Positions 61,946 through 64,000 of a DNA stretch of 64,000 nucleotides are shown piece by piece. Each line of letters begins with the position of its first letter. Within the stretch, counting starts at the first letter, position 1. Below the pieces are notes generated by a model. That model had not been told where the DNA came from. It saw only the letters and a program-made list of their open reading frames with translations, and searched no databases. The position numbers were made by a program, and so were the translations under genes. The DNA comes from Candidatus Bruticola sp. (GTDB taxonomy: Bacteria; Vulcanimicrobiota; Xenobia; Xenobiales; Xenobiaceae): the NCBI GenBank assembly GCA_051874735.1, contig JBJEGD010000004.1:64001-128000 (forward strand), written 5' to 3'.

Positions 61946-63747
61946 TGAACAGCACGATAAATAAAGATTCAATCGTTTCAATATTGGCTACAGATTGTGG
62001 CAGTACTACTACCAAAGCTATTCTCATAGAAAAGGGGCCTGAAGGTTTTCGCTTAAGAGCCAGAGGCGAGGCGCCTACCACTGTAGAAGCACCAGCTGAA
62101 GACGTCACTCAAGGTGTGCGCAATGCTGTTATGGAGCTTTCAGAAATTACTGGTCGCCCTCTTATCGATGATAAAGGTGAGCTGATTAAGCCTTACGATG
62201 GCAAGCAAGGAATAGATATTTATCTCTCCACTTCGTCTGCGGGTGGTGGTTTGCAAATGATGGTAGCTGGAGTTGTGGCCAAAATGAGTACGGAGAGTGC
62301 TCAAAGGGCCGCTCTAGGTGCTGGAGCTGTCGTGATGGAAACCCTCTCTTGTAATGATTCGCGCCGTCCTTATGAAAAAATAGAAATTATTCGAAAACTT
62401 CGGCCGGATATGGTACTTCTTTCTGGCGGAGTTGATGGCGGGGTTCAGAAACATGTAGTGGAAATGGCTCAAATATTTGGAGCTGCCGATCCGCGGCCTC
62501 GTTTAGGGGTAAATTATAAATTACCAGTTATTTTTGCCGGCAATCGGGACGTCCGCGAACAAGTAAAAAAAATATTAGGACATAAAACTGCTCTGGAAAT
62601 AGTTGATAACATTCGGCCTACTATGGAACGGGAAAACTTACAGCCCGCCCGTTTGAAAATTCAAAGTCAATTTTTAGAACATGTTATGGCGCATGCTCCA
62701 GGTTATCCCAAACTGATGGCTATGACTGACGAGCCCATTATGCCTACTCCGGCAGCAGTTGGCATGATTATGCAAAAAATTGCCTCAACTCGATCGATAA
62801 ATATACTTGGCGTTGATATCGGTGGAGCTACAACTGACGTTTTTTCTGTTTTTGACGGCAATTTCAATCGCACAGTCTCGGCCAATTACGGTATGAGCTA
62901 CTCGATATCTAATGTTGTGGCCGAAGCTGGTTTAAATAATGTTTTGCGTTGGGTACCCTTTGCAGTTGAAGAAGCTAAGCTGCGCAACAGTATAAAAAAT
63001 AAAATGATTCGTCCTACTTCTATTCCTTTTCTTATAGAAGATTTGGAAATAGAACAGGCTATTTGTCGAGAAGCTTTGCGCTTATCCTTTGAGCAGCACG
63101 CTCTCTTAGCTGATGGATTAAAGGGAGTTCAGCACCAAGCTGAGATAGGCTCTATCTTTAATCAGGGGGAAAAGAAAAGTTTAATTGATCCGATGCGTTT
63201 AGATATGCTTATAGGTTCAGGTGGCGTACTTTCTCATGCTCCGGAACGTTGGCAGACCGCTTGGATGTTAATAGATTCGTATCTTCCCTGCGGTGTGACT
63301 CAACTGGCTGTAGATTCCATATTTATGATGCCGCAATTAGGTGTGCTTTCGGCTATTATGCCTGAAGCTGCCGCCTATGTTTTTGAAAAAGATTGTCTGA
63401 TAGAGTTAGGCACTTGCATTGCTCCGCGTTTTACCAATGGACGGGCAGTAGCTGAGGGACAGGAAATTCTCAAAGTTGAATTTAGCCATGGTGAAACTTT
63501 AGTATTGCACATGGGTGAGATTATTGTGCGTAAGTTGCCCGTTGGAGAGAGCTTGCAGGCACGTTTAGTTCCTATAGGACGGACTGATATTGGAGCTGGA
63601 GCCGGTCGAGAAGCAGAATTTACTTTGAAGGGCGGTACTACTGGTCTTATTTTTGACGGTCGAGGGAGGGCTCCGTTTGTGCTGCCTGCAGAACGTTCAG
63701 AGCTTGTCAAAAAACTTCAGGAATGGAAGGCGGCTTTTAAAAAATAA
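61945..63747 (+). CDS. GlmL/MutL-like (glutamate mutase L family) ASKHA-fold ATPase
   Basis: Phosphate-1 DCGSTTTK, SSAGGGLQM, LLSGGVDGG, phosphate-2 DIGGATTD, MPTP, GSGGVLSHAP. Confidence 0.88.
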   Translation: MNSTINKDSIVSILATDCGSTTTKAILIEKGPEGFRLRARGEAPTTVEAPAEDVTQGVRNAVMELSEITGRPLIDDKGELIKPYDGKQGIDIYLSTSSAGGGLQMMVAGVVAKMSTESAQRAALGAGAVVMETLSCNDSRRPYEKIEIIRKLRPDMVLLSGGVDGGVQKHVVEMAQIFGAADPRPRLGVNYKLPVIFAGNRDVREQVKKILGHKTALEIVDNIRPTMERENLQPARLKIQSQFLEHVMAHAPGYPKLMAMTDEPIMPTPAAVGMIMQKIASTRSINILGVDIGGATTDVFSVFDGNFNRTVSANYGMSYSISNVVAEAGLNNVLRWVPFAVEEAKLRNSIKNKMIRPTSIPFLIEDLEIEQAICREALRLSFEQHALLADGLKGVQHQAEIGSIFNQGEKKSLIDPMRLDMLIGSGGVLSHAPERWQTAWMLIDSYLPCGVTQLAVDSIFMMPQLGVLSAIMPEAAAYVFEKDCLIELGTCIAPRFTNGRAVAEGQEILKVEFSHGETLVLHMGEIIVRKLPVGESLQARLVPIGRTDIGAGAGREAEFTLKGGTTGLIFDGRGRAPFVLPAERSELVKKLQEWKAAFKK

Positions 63748-63749
63748 AT

Positions 63750-64000
63750 ATGAGCAGTGCTTATGTCCCCGGTCTAAAAGTTACCGATCAAATTGAATTA
63801 AAAATAGAGCGTCGTTTACCCCTGAAAGGGAATGTAATTGTCAAAAAAGGGGATAGAGTCCGCTGGAATACTGTGGTGGCCAATACTTTCTTACCTGGAA
63901 GTGTAGAAATAGTTAATGTAGCTGCTAAGTTAGGAGTTGCTCCAGGTGAAGTTAGCCGGATTATGCTCAAACAGGAGGGTGATACCGTATTAAAAGGTGA
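63750..64000 (+). CDS. conserved hypothetical protein, 3'-truncated (not in the ORF track)
   Basis: Read directly: MSSAYVPGLKVT...ERRLPLKGNVIVKKGDRV...MLKQEGDTVLKG; repeated VKxGDxV-type motifs; starts 2 nt after the previous stop. Confidence 0.8.
   Translation, partial: MSSAYVPGLKVTDQIELKIERRLPLKGNVIVKKGDRVRWNTVVANTFLPGSVEIVNVAAKLGVAPGEVSRIMLKQEGDTVLKG

Noticed and set aside
61945-63747. DNA mismatch repair MutL, or evidence for a glutamate mutase pathway
   Set aside because: Motifs are ASKHA-type, not GHKL; no glmS/glmE or methylaspartate ammonia-lyase in the window
1-64000. Stop-codon reassignment or selenocysteine recoding
   Set aside because: Conserved genes are full length and end normally at TAA, TAG or TGA; no in-frame stops were seen within conserved domains

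Overview
Bacterial chromosomal window read in the standard genetic code (TAA, TAG and TGA all terminate genes); no tRNA, rRNA, CRISPR or mobile element was seen. Positions 1-22.8 kb hold the str-S10-spc-alpha ribosomal supercluster (rpsL to rplQ, with fusA, tuf, secY, adk, map and rpoA). It lacks rpmD and infA and is cut by internal terminators and promoters. The Terrabacteria-type gene order continues into ecfA1/ecfA2/ecfT/truA, but that module is interrupted by a GT4 gene, proC and three paralogous glycine-zipper genes. These three genes share a promoter-like motif, and one carries 11-residue RTX-like repeats and a (GGMYGNM)7 tail. Housekeeping genes follow (dcd, rodA, hutU, an OPA-family MFS transporter, rpsO, pnp with a ~250-aa R/E-rich tail, a DinG helicase), then mixed genes including a degenerate HD-GYP protein and a degenerate SDR. 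From 54.3 kb to the end is a co-directional cluster with no assigned function: a DUF6754-like protein with a large exported N-terminus, three membrane proteins, three YcxB/PH-like membrane proteins, a small conserved protein, a GlmL/MutL-like ASKHA ATPase and a truncated partner gene. This cluster and the glycine-zipper trio are the best candidates for undescribed systems. Family assignments come from motif recognition and recall, not from database searches.
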